NCBI GenBank assembly: GCA_964016885.1
Contig: OZ024740.1
Span: 433,132,001 to 433,196,000, forward strand
Reading direction: 5' to 3'
Length of the DNA stretch: 64,000 nucleotides
Source of the DNA: Eledone cirrhosa
Taxonomy: Eukaryota
This document shows positions 26,100 to 39,200 of this stretch, piece after piece. Made by a program: the position numbers and the translations under genes. Position 1 is the first letter of the stretch. Each line of letters begins with the position of its first letter. The notes below the pieces were generated by a model. It saw only the letters and a program-made list of their open reading frames with translations, was not told where the DNA came from and made no database searches.

Positions 26100-29000
26100 A
26101 CAGTGTTGTTAGAGTTAATATGTTGGTGAGGACTGAGTGTTGTTAGAGTAATATGTTGGTGAGGACTGAGTGTTGTTAGAGTAATATGTTGGTGAGACTG
26201 AGTGTTGTTACAGTGATATGTTGGTAAGGACTGAGTGTTGTTAGAGTGATATGTTGGTGAGGGACTGAGTGTTGTTACAGTGATATGTTGGTGACGACTG
26301 AGTGTTGTTACAGTGATATGTTGGTGAGGACTGAGTGTTGTTACAGTGATATGTGGTGAGGACTGAGTGTTGTTACAGTGATATGTTGGTGAGGACTGAC
26401 TGTTGTTACAGTGATATGTTGGTGAGGACTGAGTGTTGTTACAGTGATATGTTGGTGAGGACTGATTGTTGTTACAGTAATATGTTGTGAGGACTCAGTG
26501 TTGTTACAGTGATATGTTGGTGAGGACTGAGTGTTGTTACAGTGATATGTTGGTGAGGACTGAGTGTTGTTACAGTAATATGTTGGTGAGGACTGAGTGT
26601 TGTTACAGTAATATGTTGGTGAGGACTGAGTGTTGTACTGTAATATGTTGGTGAGGACTGAGTGTTGTTACAGTGATATGTTGTGAAGACCTGAGTGTTG
26701 TTACAGTAATTGTTGGTGAGGACTGAGTGTTGTTACAGTAATATGTTGGTGAGGACTGAGTGTTACAGTATGTTGGTGAGGACTGAGTGTTGTTACAGTA
26801 ATATGTTGGTGAGGACTGAGTGTTGTTACAGTAATATGTTGGTGAGGACTGAGTGTTGTACAGTGATATGTTGGTGAGGACTGAGTGTTGTTACAGTGAT
26901 ATGTTGGTGAGGACTGAGTGTTGTTACAGTGATATGTTAGTGAGGACTGACTGTTGTACAGTGATATGTTGGTGAGGACTGAGTGTTGTTACAGTGATAT
27001 GTTGGTGAGGACTGATTGTTGTTACAGTAATATGTTGGTGAGGACTGAGTGTTGTTACAGTGATATGTTGGTGAGGACTGAGTGTTGTTACAGTGATATG
27101 TTGGTGAGGACTGAGTGTTGTTACAGTAATATGTTGGTGAGGACTGAGTGTTGTTACAGTAATATGTTGGTGAGGACTGAGTGTTGTTACAGTAATATGT
27201 TGGTGAGGACTGAGTGTTGTTACAGTGATATGTTGGTGAGGACTGAGTGTTGTTACAGTAATATGTTGGTGAGGACTGAGTGTTGTTACAGTAATATGTT
27301 GGTGAGGACTGAGTGTTACAGTAATATGTTGGTGAGGACTGAGTGTTGTTACAGTAATATGTTGGTGAGGACTGAGTGTTGTTACAGTAATATGTTGGTG
27401 AGGACTGAGTGTTGTTACAGTGATATGTTGGTGAGGACTGAGTGTTGTTACAGTGAAATGTTGGTGAGGACTGAGTGTTGTTACAGTAATATGTTGGTGA
27501 GGACTGAGTGTTGTTACAGTAATATGTTGGTGAGGACTGAGTGTTGTTACAGAATTGGAGGTTAATATGTTGGTGAGGACTGAGAGTTGTTACAGTAATA
27601 TGTTGGTGAGGACTGAGTGTTGTTACAGTAATATGTTGGTGAGGACTGAGTGTTGTTACAGTGAATGTTGGTGAGGACTGAGTGTTGTTACAGTGATATG
27701 TTGGTGAGGACTGAGGTTGTTACAGTAATATGTTGGTGAGGACTGAGTGTTGTTACAGTAATATGTTGGTGAGGACTGAGTGTTGTTACAGTAATATGTT
27801 GGTAGGACTGAGTGTTTACAGTAATATGTTGGTGAGGACTGAGTGTTGTTACAGTATATGTTGGTGAGGACTGAGTGTTGTTACAGTAATATGTTGGTGA
27901 GGACTGAGTGTTGTTACAGTGATATGTTGGTGAGGACTGAGTGTTGTTACAGTATATGTTGGTGAGGACTGAGTGTTGTTACAGTGAATATGTTGGTGAG
28001 GACTGAGGTTGTTACAGTAATATGTTGGTGAGGGACTGAGGTTGTTACAGGTAATATGTTGGTGAGGACTGAGTGTTGTTACAGTAATATGTTGGTGAGG
28101 ACTGAGTGTTGTTACAGTAATATGTTGGTGAGGACTGAGTGTTGTTACAGTAATATGTTGGTGAGGACTGAGTGTTGTTACAGTGATATGTTGGTGAGGA
28201 CTGAGTGTTGTTACAGTAATATGTTGGTGAGGACTGAGTGTTGTTACAGTAATATGTTGGTGAGGACTGAGTGTTGTTACAGTGATATGTTGGTGAGGAC
28301 TCAGATGTTGTTACAGTGATATGTTGGTGAGGACTGGGAGTGTTGTTACAGTAATAGGTTGGTGAGGACTGAGTGTTGTTACAGTGATATGTTGGTGAGG
28401 ACTGAGTGTTGTTACAGTAATAGGTTGGTGAGGACTGAGTGTTGTTACAGTGATATGTTGGTGAGGACTGAGTGTTGTTACAGTGATATTTGGTGAGGAC
28501 TGAGTGTTGTTACAGTGATATGTTGGTGAGGACTGAGTGTTACAGTAATATTTGGTGAGGACTGAGTGTTGTTACAGTGATATGTTGGTGAGGACTGAGT
28601 GTTGTTACAGTGATATGTTGGTGAGGACTGAGTGTTGTTACAGTGATATGTTGGTGAGGACTGAGTGTTGTTACAGTGATAGGTTGGTGAGGACTGAGTG
28701 TTGTTACAGTAATAGGTTGGTGAGGACTGAGTGTTGTTACAGTGATATGTTGGTGAGGACTGAGTGTTGTTACAGTGATATGTTGGTGAGGACAGTGTTG
28801 TTACAGTGATATGTTGGTGAGGACAGTGTTGTTACAGTAATATGTTGGTGAGGACTGAGTGTTGTTACAGTGATATGTTGGTGAGGACTGAGTGTTGTTA
28901 CAGTGATATGTTGGTGAGGACTGAGTGTTGTTACAGTGATATGTTGGTGAGGACAGTGTTGTTACAGTGATATGTTGGTGAGAACAGTGTTGTTAGAGTA

Positions 29001-31370
29001 ATATGTTGGTGAGGACTGAGTGTTGTTAGAGTAATATGTTGGTGAGGACTGAGTGTTGTTACAGTGATATGTTGGTAAGGACTGAGTGTTGTTAGAGTGA
29101 TATGTTGGTGAGGACTGAGTGTTGTTACAGTGATATGTTGGTGACGACTGAGTGTTGTTACAGTGATATGTTGGTGAGGACTGAGTGTTGTTACAGTGAT
29201 ATGTTGGTGAGGACTGAGTGTTGTTACAGTGATATGTTGGTGAGGGACTGACTGTTGTTACAGTGATATGTTGGTGAGGACTGAGTGTTGTTACAGTGAT
29301 ATGTTGGTGAGGACTGATTGTTGTTACAGTAATATGTTGGTGAGGACTCAGTGTTGTTACAGTGATATGTTGGTGAGGACTGAGTGTTGTTACAGTGATA
29401 TGTTGGTGAGGACTGAGTTGTTGTTACAGTAATATGTTGTGATGACTGAGTGTTGTTACAGTAATATGTTGGTGAGGACTGAGTGTTGTTACAGTAATAT
29501 GTTGGTGAGGACTGAGTGTTGTTACAGTGATATGTTGGTGAGGACTGAGTGTTGTTACAGTAATATGTTGGTGAGGACTGAGTGTTGTTACAGTAATATG
29601 TTGGTGAGGACTGAGTGTTACAGTAATATGTTGGTGAGGACTGAGTGTTGTTACAGTAATATGTTGGTGAGGACTGAGTGTTGTTACAGTAATATGTTGG
29701 TGAGGACTGAGTGTTGTTACAGTGATATGTTGGTGAGGACTGAGTGTTGTTACAGTGATATGTTGGTGAGGACTGAGTGTTGTTACAGTAATATGTTGGT
29801 GAGGACTGAGTGTTGTTACAGTAATATGTTGGTGAGGACTGAGTGTTGTTACAGTAATATGTTGGTGAGGACTGAGTGTTACAGTAATATGTTGGTGAGG
29901 ACTGAGTGTTGTTACAGTAATATGTTGGTGAGGACTGAGTGTTGTTACAGTATATGTTGGTGAGGACTGAGTGTTGTTACAGTGATATGTTGGTGAGGAC
30001 TGAGTGTTGTTACAGTGATATGTTGGTGAGGACTGAGTGTTACAGTAATATGTTGGTGAGACTGAGTGTTGTTACAGTAATATGTTGGTGAGGACTGAGT
30101 GTTGTTACAGTAATATGTTGGTGAGGACTGAGTGTTACAGTAATATGTTGGTGAGGACTGAGTGTGTTACAGTAATATGTGGTGAGGACTGAGTGTTGTT
30201 ACAGTAATATGTTGGTGAGAGACTGAGTGTTGTTACAGTGATATGTTGGTGAGGACTGAGTGTTGTTACAGTGATATGTTGGTGAGGACTGAGTGTTGTT
30301 ACAGTAATATGTTGGTGAGGACTGAGTGTTGTTACAGTAATATGTTGGTGAGGACTGAGTGTTGTTACAGTAATATGTGGTGAGGACTGAGTGTTGTTAC
30401 AGTGATATGTTGGTGAGGACTGAGTGTTGTTACAGTAATATGTTGGTGAGGACTGAGTGTTGTTACAGTAATATGTTGTGAGGACTGAGTGTTGTTACAG
30501 TGATATGTTGGTGAGGGACTGAGTGTTGTTACAGTGATATGTTGGTGAGACTGAGTGTTGTTACAGTGATATGTTGGTGAGGGACAGTGTTGTTACAGTG
30601 AATGTTGGTGAGGACAGTGTTGTTACAGTAATATGTTGGTGAGGACTGAGTGTTGTTACAGTGATATGTTGGTGAGGACTGAGTGTTGTTACAGTGATAT
30701 GTTGGTGAGTGACTGAGTGTTGTTACAGTGATATGTTGGTGAGGACAGTGTTGTTACAGTGATATGTTGGTGAGAACAGTATTGTTAGAGTAATATGTTG
30801 GTGAGGACTGAGTGTTGTTAGAGTAATATGTTGGTGAGGACTGAGTGTTGTTACAGTGATATGTTGGTACGGACTGAGTGTTGTTAGAGTGATATGTTGG
30901 TGAGGACTGATTGTTGTTACAGTGATATGTTGGTGACGACTGAGTGTTGTTACAGTGATATGTTGGTGAGGACTGAGTGTTGTTACAGTGATATGTTGTG
31001 AGGACTGAGTGTTGTTACAGTGATATGTTGGTGAGGACTGACTGTTGTTACAGTGATATGTTGGTGAGGACTGAGTGTTGTTACAGTGATATGTTGGTGA
31101 GGACTGATTGTTGTTACAGTAATAGTTGGTGAGGACTCAGTGTTGTTGTTACAGTGATTATGTTGGTGAGGACTGAGTGTTGTTACAGTGATATGTTGGT
31201 GAGGACTGAGTGTTGTTACAGTATATGTTGGTGAGGACTGAGTGTTGTTACAGTAATATGTTGGTGAGGACTGAGTGTTGTTACAGTAATATGTTGGTGA
31301 GGACTGAGTGTTGTTACAGTGATATGTTGGTGACCGGAGATGAGTGTTGTTACAAGAGTAATATGTGGTG
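26100..31370 (+). other. Indel-rich segment of the array, probably low-coverage or unpolished contig end
   Basis: Many private 1-bp indels, for example AGAGTTAATA at 26111, GGTGAGACTG at 26191 and GAGGGACTG at 26259. Scrambled spots occur at 27551 (AGAATTGGAGG) and 31332 (GACCGGAGATG). Homologous cassette copies elsewhere lack them, and the zone ends at the N gap. Confidence 0.8.
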
Positions 31371-31570
31371 NNNNNNNNNNNNNNNNNNNNNNNNNNNNNN
31401 NNNNNNNNNNNNNNNNNNNNNNNNNNNNNNNNNNNNNNNNNNNNNNNNNNNNNNNNNNNNNNNNNNNNNNNNNNNNNNNNNNNNNNNNNNNNNNNNNNNN
31501 NNNNNNNNNNNNNNNNNNNNNNNNNNNNNNNNNNNNNNNNNNNNNNNNNNNNNNNNNNNNNNNNNNNNNN
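31371..31570. other. Assembly gap, exactly 200 N
   Basis: A run of N from 31371 to 31570. The round length suggests a placeholder gap of unknown true size. The same satellite in the same orientation lies on both sides. Confidence 0.99.
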
Positions 31571-34500
31571 GATATGTTGGTGAGGACAGTGTTGTTACAG
31601 TAATATGTTGGTGAGGACTGAGTGTTGTTACAGTGATATGTTGGTGAGGACTGAGTGTTGTTACAGTGATAGGTTGGTGAGGACTGAGTGTTGTTACAGT
31701 GATATGTTGGTGAGGACAGTGTTGTTACAGTAATATGTTGGTGAGGACTGAGTGTTGTTACAGTGATATGTTGGTGAGGACTGAGTGTTGTTACAGTGAT
31801 ATGTTGGTGAGGACTGAGTGTTGTTACAGTAATATGTTGGTGAGGACTGAGTGTTGTTACAGTGATATGTTGGTGAGGACTGAGTGTTGTTACAGTAATA
31901 TGTTGGTGAGGACTGAGTGTTGTTACAGTGATATGTTGGTGAGGACTGAGTGTTGTTACAGTGATATGTTGGTGAGGACTGAGTGTTGTTACAGTAATAT
32001 GTTGGTGAGGACTGAGTGTTGTTACAGTGATATGTTGGTGAGGACAGTGTTGTTACAGTAATATGTTGGTGAGGACTGAGTGTTGTTACAGTGATATGTT
32101 GGTGAGGACTGAGTGTTGTTACAGTGATATGTTGGTGAGGACTGAGTGTTGTTACAGTGATATGTTGGTGAGGACTGAGTGTTGTTACAGTGATATGTTG
32201 GTGAGGACTGAGTGTTGTTACAGTAATATGTTGGTGAGGACTGAGTGTTGTTACAGTAATATGTTGGTGAGGACTCAGTGTTGTTACAGTGATATGTTGG
32301 TGAGGACTGAGTGTTGTTACAGTAATATGTTGGTGAGGACTGAGTGTTGTTACAGTGATATGTTGGTGAGGACTGAGTGTTGTTACAGTGATATGTTGGT
32401 GAGGACAGTGTTGTTACAGTAATATGTTGGTGAGGACTGAGTGTTGTTACAGTGATATGTTGGTGAGGACTGAGTGTTGTTACAGTGATATGTTGGTGAG
32501 GACTGAGTGTTGTTACAGTGATATGTTGGTGAGGACAGTGTTGTTACAGTAATATGTTGGTGAGGACTGAGTGTTGTTACAGTGATATGTTGGTGAGGAC
32601 TGAGTGTTGTTACAGTGATATGTTGGTGAGGACTGAGTGTTGTTACAGTGATATGTTGGTGAGGACAGTGTTGTTACAGTGATATGTTGGTGAGAACAGT
32701 GTTGTTAGAGTAATATGTTGGTGAGGACTGAGTGTTGTTAGAGTAATATGTTGGTGAGGACTGAGTGTTGTTACAGTGATATGTTGGTAAGGACTGAGTG
32801 TTGTTAGAGTGATATGTTGGTGAGGACTGAGTGTTGTTACAGTGATATGTTGGTGACGACTGAGTGTTGTTACAGTGATATGTTGGTGAGGACTGAGTGT
32901 TGTTACAGTGATATGTTGGTGAGGACTGAGTGTTGTTACAGTGATATGTTGGTGAGGACTGACTGTTGTTACAGTGATATGTTGGTGAGGACTGAGTGTT
33001 GTTACAGTGATATGTTGGTGAGGACTGATTGTTGTTACAGTAATATGTTGGTGAGGACTCAGTGTTGTTACAGTGATATGTTGGTGAGGACTGAGTGTTG
33101 TTACAGTGATATGTTGGTGAGGACTGAGTGTTGTTACAGTAATATGTTGGTGAGGACTGAGTGTTGTTACAGTAATATGTTGGTGAGGACTGAGTGTTGT
33201 TACAGTAATATGTTGGTGAGGACTGAGTGTTGTTACAGTGATATGTTGGTGAGGACTGAGTGTTGTTACAGTAATATGTTGGTGAGGACTGAGTGTTGTT
33301 ACAGTAATATGTTGGTGAGGACTGAGTGTTACAGTAATATGTTGGTGAGGACTGAGTGTTGTTACAGTAATATGTTGGTGAGGACTGAGTGTTGTTACAG
33401 TAATATGTTGGTGAGGACTGAGTGTTGTTACAGTGATATGTTGGTGAGGACTGAGTGTTGTTACAGTGATATGTTGGTGAGGACTGAGTGTTACAGTAAT
33501 ATGTTGGTGAGGACTGAGTGTTGTTACAGTAATATGTTGGTGAGGACTGAGTGTTGTTACAGTAATATGTTGGTGAGGACTGAGTGTTACAGTAATATGT
33601 TGGTGAGGACTGAGTGTTGTTACAGTAATATGTTGGTGAGGACTGAGTGTTGTTACAGTAATATGTTGGTGAGGACTGAGTGCTGTTACAGTGATATGTT
33701 GGTGAGGACTGAGTGTTGTTACAGTGATATGTTGGTGAGGACTGAGTGTTGTTACAGTAATATGTTGGTGAGGACTGAGTGTTGTTACAGTAATATGTTG
33801 GTGAGGACTGAGTGTTGTTACAGTAATATGTTGGTGAGGACTGAGTGTTGTTACAGTGATATGTTGGTGAGGACTGAGTGTTGTTATAGTAATATGTTGG
33901 TGAGGACTGAGTGTTGTTACAGTAATATGTTGGTGAGGACTGAGTGTTGTTACAGTAATATGTTGGTGAGGACTGAGTGTTGTTACAGTGATATGTTGGT
34001 GAGGACTGAGTGTTGTTACAGTGATATGTTGGTGAGGACTGAGTGTTGTTACAGTGATATGTTGGTGAGGACTGAGTGTTGTTACAGTGATATGTTGGTG
34101 AGGACTGAGTGTTGTTACAGTAATAGGTTGGTGAGGACTGAGTGTTGTTACAGTGATATGTTGGTGAGGACTGAGTGTTGTTACAGTAATAGGTTGGTGA
34201 GGACTGAGTGTTGTTACAGTGATATGTTGGTGAGGACTGAGTGTTGTTACAGTGATATGTTGGTGAGGACTGAGTGTTGTTACAGTGATATGTTGGTGAG
34301 GACTGAGTGTTACAGTAATATTTTGGTGAGGACTGAGTGTTGTTACAGTGATATGTTGGTGAGGACTGAGTGTTGTTACAGTGATATGTTGGTGAGGACT
34401 GAGTGTTGTTACAGTGATATGTTGGTGAGGACTGAGTGTTGTTACAGTGATAGGTTGGTGAGGACTGAGTGTTGTTACAGTAATAGGTTGGTGAGGACTG

Positions 34501-36249
34501 ATTGTTGTTACAGTGATATGTTGGTGAGGACTGAGTGTTGTTACAGTGATATGTTGGTGAGGACAGTGTTGTTACAGTGATATGTTGGTGAGGACAGTGT
34601 TGTTACAGTAATATGTTGGTGAGGACTGAGTGTTGTTACAGTGATATGTTGGTGAGGACTGAGTGTTGTTTCAGTGATATGTTGGTGAGGCCTGAGTGTT
34701 GTTACAGTGATATGTTGGTGAGGACAGTGTTGTTACAGTGATATGTTGGTGAGGACAGTGTTGTTACAGTAATATGTTGGTGAGGACTGAGTGTTGTTAC
34801 AGTGATATGTTGGTGAGGACTGAGTGTTGTTACAGTGATATGTTGGTGAGGACTGAGTGTTGTTACAGTGATATGTTGGTGAGGACAGAGTGTTGTTACA
34901 GTGATATGTTGGTGAGGACTGAGTGTTGGTACAGTAATAGGTTGGTGAGGACTGAGTGTTGTTACAGTGATATGTTGGTAAGGACTGAGTGTTGTTACAG
35001 TAATATGTTGGTGAGGACTGAGTGTTGTTACAGTGATATGTTGGTGAGGACTGAGTGTTGTTACAGTAATATGTTGGTGAGGACTGAGTGTTGTTACAGT
35101 GATATGTTGGTAAGGACTGAGTGTTGTTACAGTAATATGTTGGTGAGGACTGAGTGTTGTTACAGTGATATGTTGGTGAGGACTGAGTGTTGTTACAGTG
35201 ATATGTTGGTAAGGACTGAGTGTTGTTACAGTGATATGTTGGTGAGGACTGAGTGTTGTTACAGTGATATGTTGGTGAGGACTGAGTGTTGTTACAGTGA
35301 TATGTTGGTGAGGACTGAGTGTTGTTACAGTAATATGTTGGTGAGGACTGAGTGTTGTTACAGTGATATGTTGGTGAGGACTGAGTGTTGTTACAGTAAT
35401 ATGTTGGTGAGGACTGAGTGTTGTTACAGTGATATGTTGGTAAGGACTGAGTGTTGTTACAGTAATATGTTGGTGAGGACTGAGTGTTGTTACAGTGATA
35501 TGTTGGTGAGGACTGAGTGTTGTTACAGTAATATGTTGGTGAGGACTGAGTGTTGTTACAGTGATATGTTGGTGAGGACTGAGTGTTGTTACAGTAATAT
35601 GTTGGTGAGGACTGAGTGTTGTTACAGTGATATGTTGGTGAGGACTGAGTGTTGTTACAGTAATATGTTGGTGAGGACTGAGTGTTGTTACAGTAATATG
35701 TTGGTTAGGACTGAGTGTTGTTACAGTAATATGTTGGTGAGGACAGAGTGTTGTTACAGTAATATGTTGGTGAGGACTGAGTGTTGTTACAGTAATATGT
35801 TGGTGAGGACTGAGTGTTGTTACAGTAATATGTTGGTGAGGACTGAGTGTTGTTACAGTAATATGTTGGTGAGGACAGAGTGTTGTTACAGTAATATGTT
35901 GGTGAGGACTGAGTGTTGTTACAGTAATATGTTGGTGAGGACTGAGTGTTGTTACAGTAATATGTTGGTGAGGACTGAGTGTTGTTACAGTAATATGTTG
36001 GTGAGGACTGAGTGTTGTTACAGTAATATGTTGGTGAGGACAGAGTGTTGTTACAGTAATATGTTGGTGAGGACTGAGTGTTGTTACAGTAATAGGTTGG
36101 TGAGGACTGAGTGTTGTTACAGTGATATGTTGGTGAGGACAGAGTGTTGTTACAGTGATATGTTGGTGAGGACTGAGTGTTGTTACAGTGATATGTTGGT
36201 GAGGACTGAGTGTTGTTACAGTGATATGTTGGTGAGGACTGAGTGTTGT

Positions 36250-39200
36250 TACAGTAATATGTTGGTGAGGACTGAGTGTTGTTACAGTAATATGTTGGTG
36301 AGGACTGAGTGTTGTTACAGTAATATGTTGGTGACGACTGAGTGTTGTTACAGTGATATGTTGGTGAGGACTGAGTGTTGTTACAGTGATATGTTGGTGA
36401 GGACTGAGTGTTGTTACAGTGATATGTTGGTGAGGACTGAGTGTTGTTACAGTGATATGTTGGTAAGGACTGAGTGTTGTTAGAGTGATATGTTGGTGAA
36501 GACTGAGTGTTGTTACAGTGATATGTTGGTGAGGACTGAGTGTTGTTACAGTAATATGTTGGTGAGGACTGAGTGTTGTTACAGTGATATGTTGGTGAGG
36601 ACTGAGTGTTGTTACAGTGATATGTTGGTGAGGACTGAGTGTTGTTACAGTGATATGTTGGTGAGGACTGAGTGTTGTTACAGTGATAGGTTGGTGAGGA
36701 CTGAGTGTTGTTACAGTAATATGTTGGTGAGGACTGAGTGTTGTTACAGTGATATGTTGGTGAGGACAGAGTGTTGTTACAGTGATATGTTGGTGAGGAC
36801 TGAGTGTTGTTACAGTAATATGTTGGTGAGGACTGAGTGTTGTTAGAGTGATATGTTGGTGAGGACTGAGTGTTGTTACAGTGATATGTTGGTGAGGACT
36901 GAGTGTTGTTACAGTAATATGTTGGTGAGGACTGAGTGTTGTTACAGTGATATGTTGGTGAGGACTGAGTGTTGTTACAGTGATATGTTGGTGAGGACTG
37001 AGTGTTGTTACAGTGATATGTTGGTGAGGACTGAGTGTTGTTAGTGATATGTTGGTGAGGACTGAGTGTTGTTACAGTGATATGTTGGTGAGGACTGAGT
37101 GTTGTTACAGTGATATGTTGGTAAGGACTGAGTGTTGTTAGAGTGATATGTTGGTGAGGACTGAGTGTTGTTACAGTGATATGTTGGTGAGGACTGAGTG
37201 TTGTTACAGTGATATGTTGGTGAGGACTGAGTGTTGTTACAGTGATATGTTGGTGAGGACTGAGTGTTGTTACAGTGATATGTTGGTGAGGACTGAGTGT
37301 TGTTACAGTGATATGTTGGTGAGGACTGAGTGTTGTTAGTGATATGTTGGTGAGGACTGAGTGTTGTTACAGTGATATGTTGGTGAGGACAGTGTTGTTA
37401 CAGTGATATGTTGGTGAGGACTGAGTGTTGTTACAGTGATATGTTGGTGAGGACTGAGTGTTGTTACAGTAATATGTTGGTGAGGACTGAGTGTTGTTAC
37501 AGTGATATGTTGGTGAGGACTGAGTGTTGTTACAGTAATATGTTGGTGAGGACTGAGTGTTGTTACAGTAATATGTTGGTGAGGACTGAGTGTTGTTACA
37601 GTGATATGTTGGTGAGGACTGAGTGTTGTTACAGTGATATGTTGGTGAGGACTGAGTGTTGTTACAGTAATAGGTTGGTGAGGACTGAGTGTTGTTACAG
37701 TGATATGTTGGTGAGGACTGAGTGTTGTTACAGTAATAGGTTGGTGAGGACTGAGTGTTGTTACAGTGATATGTTGGTGAGGACTGAGTGTTGTTACAGT
37801 AATATGTTGGTGAGGACTGAGTGTTGTTACAGTGATATGTTGGTGAGGACAGAGTGTTGTTACAGTGATATGTTGGTGAGGACTGAGTGTTGTTACAGTG
37901 ATATGTTGGTGAGGACTGAGTGTTGTTACAGTAATATGTTGGTGAGGACTGAGTGTTGTTACAGTGATATGTTGGTGAGGACTGAGTGTTGTTACAGTAA
38001 TATGTTGGTGAGGACTGAGTGTTGTTACAGTGATATGTTGGTGAGGACTGAGTGTTGTTACAGTAATATGTTGGTGAGGACTGAGTGTTGTTACAGTGAT
38101 ATGTTGGTGAGGACTGAGTGTTGTTACAGTGATATGTTGGTGAGGACAGAGTGTTGTTACAGTGATATGTTGGTGAGGACTGAGTGTTGTTACAGTGATA
38201 TGTTGGTGAGGACTGAGTGTTGTTACAGTAATATGTTGGTGAGGACTGAGTGTTGTTACAGTGATAGGTTGGTGAGGACTGAGTGTTGTTACAGTAATAG
38301 GTTGGTGAGGACTGAGTGTTGTTACAGTGATATGTTGGTGAGGACTGAGTGTTGTTACAGTGATATGTTGGTGAGGACAGAGTGTTGTTACAGTAATATG
38401 TTGGTGAGGACTGAGTGTTGTTACAGTGATATGTTGGTGAGGACTGAGTGTTGTTACAGTGATATGTTGGTGAGGACTGAGTGTTGTTACAGTGATATGT
38501 TGGTGAGGACAGTGTTGTTACAGTGTTATGTTGGTGAGGACTGAGTGTTGTTACAGTGATATGTTGGTAAGGACTGAGTGTTGTTACAGTAATAGGTTGG
38601 TGAGGACTGAGTGTTGTTACAGTGATATGTTGGTGAGGACTGAGTGTTGTTACAGTGATATGTTGGTGAGGACAGTGTTGTTACAGTGATATGTTGGTGA
38701 GGACAGTGTTGTTACAGTAATATGTTGGTGAGGACTGAGTGTTGTTACAGTGATATGTTGGTGAGGACTGAGTGTTGTTACAGTGATATGTTGGTGAGGA
38801 CTGAGTGTTGTTACAGTGATATGTTGGTGAGGACAGTGTTGTTACAGTGATATGTTGGTGAGGACAGTGTTGTTACAGTAATATGTTGGTGAGGACTGAG
38901 TGTTGTTACAGTGATATGTTGGTGAGGACTGAGTGTTGTTACAGTGATATGTTGGTGAGGACTGAGTGTTGTTACAGTGATATGTTGGTGAGGACAGAGT
39001 GTTGTTACAGTGATATGTTGGTGAGGACTGAGTGTTGGTACAGTAATAGGTTGGTGAGGACTGAGTGTTGTTACAGTAATATGTTGGTGAGGACTGAGTG
39101 TTGTTACAGTAATATGTTGGTGAGGACTGAGTGTTGTTACAGTAATATGTTGGTGACGACTGAGTGTTGTTACAGTGATATGTTGGTGAGGACTGAGTGT

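Larger units (their letters stand above)
1..31370 (+). repeat. 33-bp tandem satellite array, left contig segment (consensus ATGTTGGTGAGGACTGAGTGTTGTTACAGTRAT); open at window start
   Basis: Continuous head-to-tail copies read directly from the sequence, all in one orientation. Most copies differ only at the G/A site (AGTGAT vs AGTAAT). The G-form monomer has 7 A, 2 C, 12 G and 12 T. Confidence 0.99.
6200..34600 (+). repeat. Array sub-domain B: variable-length higher-order units marked by a GAGAACAG / TTAGAG / GTGACG / TGACTG / TGATTG / ACTCAG cassette, with many A-type and 30-bp monomers
   Basis: GAGAACAG occurs at 8536, 12800, 17545, 20777, 22254, 24556, 26096, 28980, 30772 and 32692. Each time it is followed by the same ordered series of rare variants (the last members are missing after 24556). 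The sub-domain spans the gap. Confidence 0.85.

Noticed and set aside
27545-27570. Apparent foreign insertion AGAATTGGAGG
   Set aside because: Only a few bases, inside the error-rich contig end and absent from homologous copies. Most likely read noise.
31210-31614. ORFs spanning the N run
   Set aside because: Artefacts of translating N bases.
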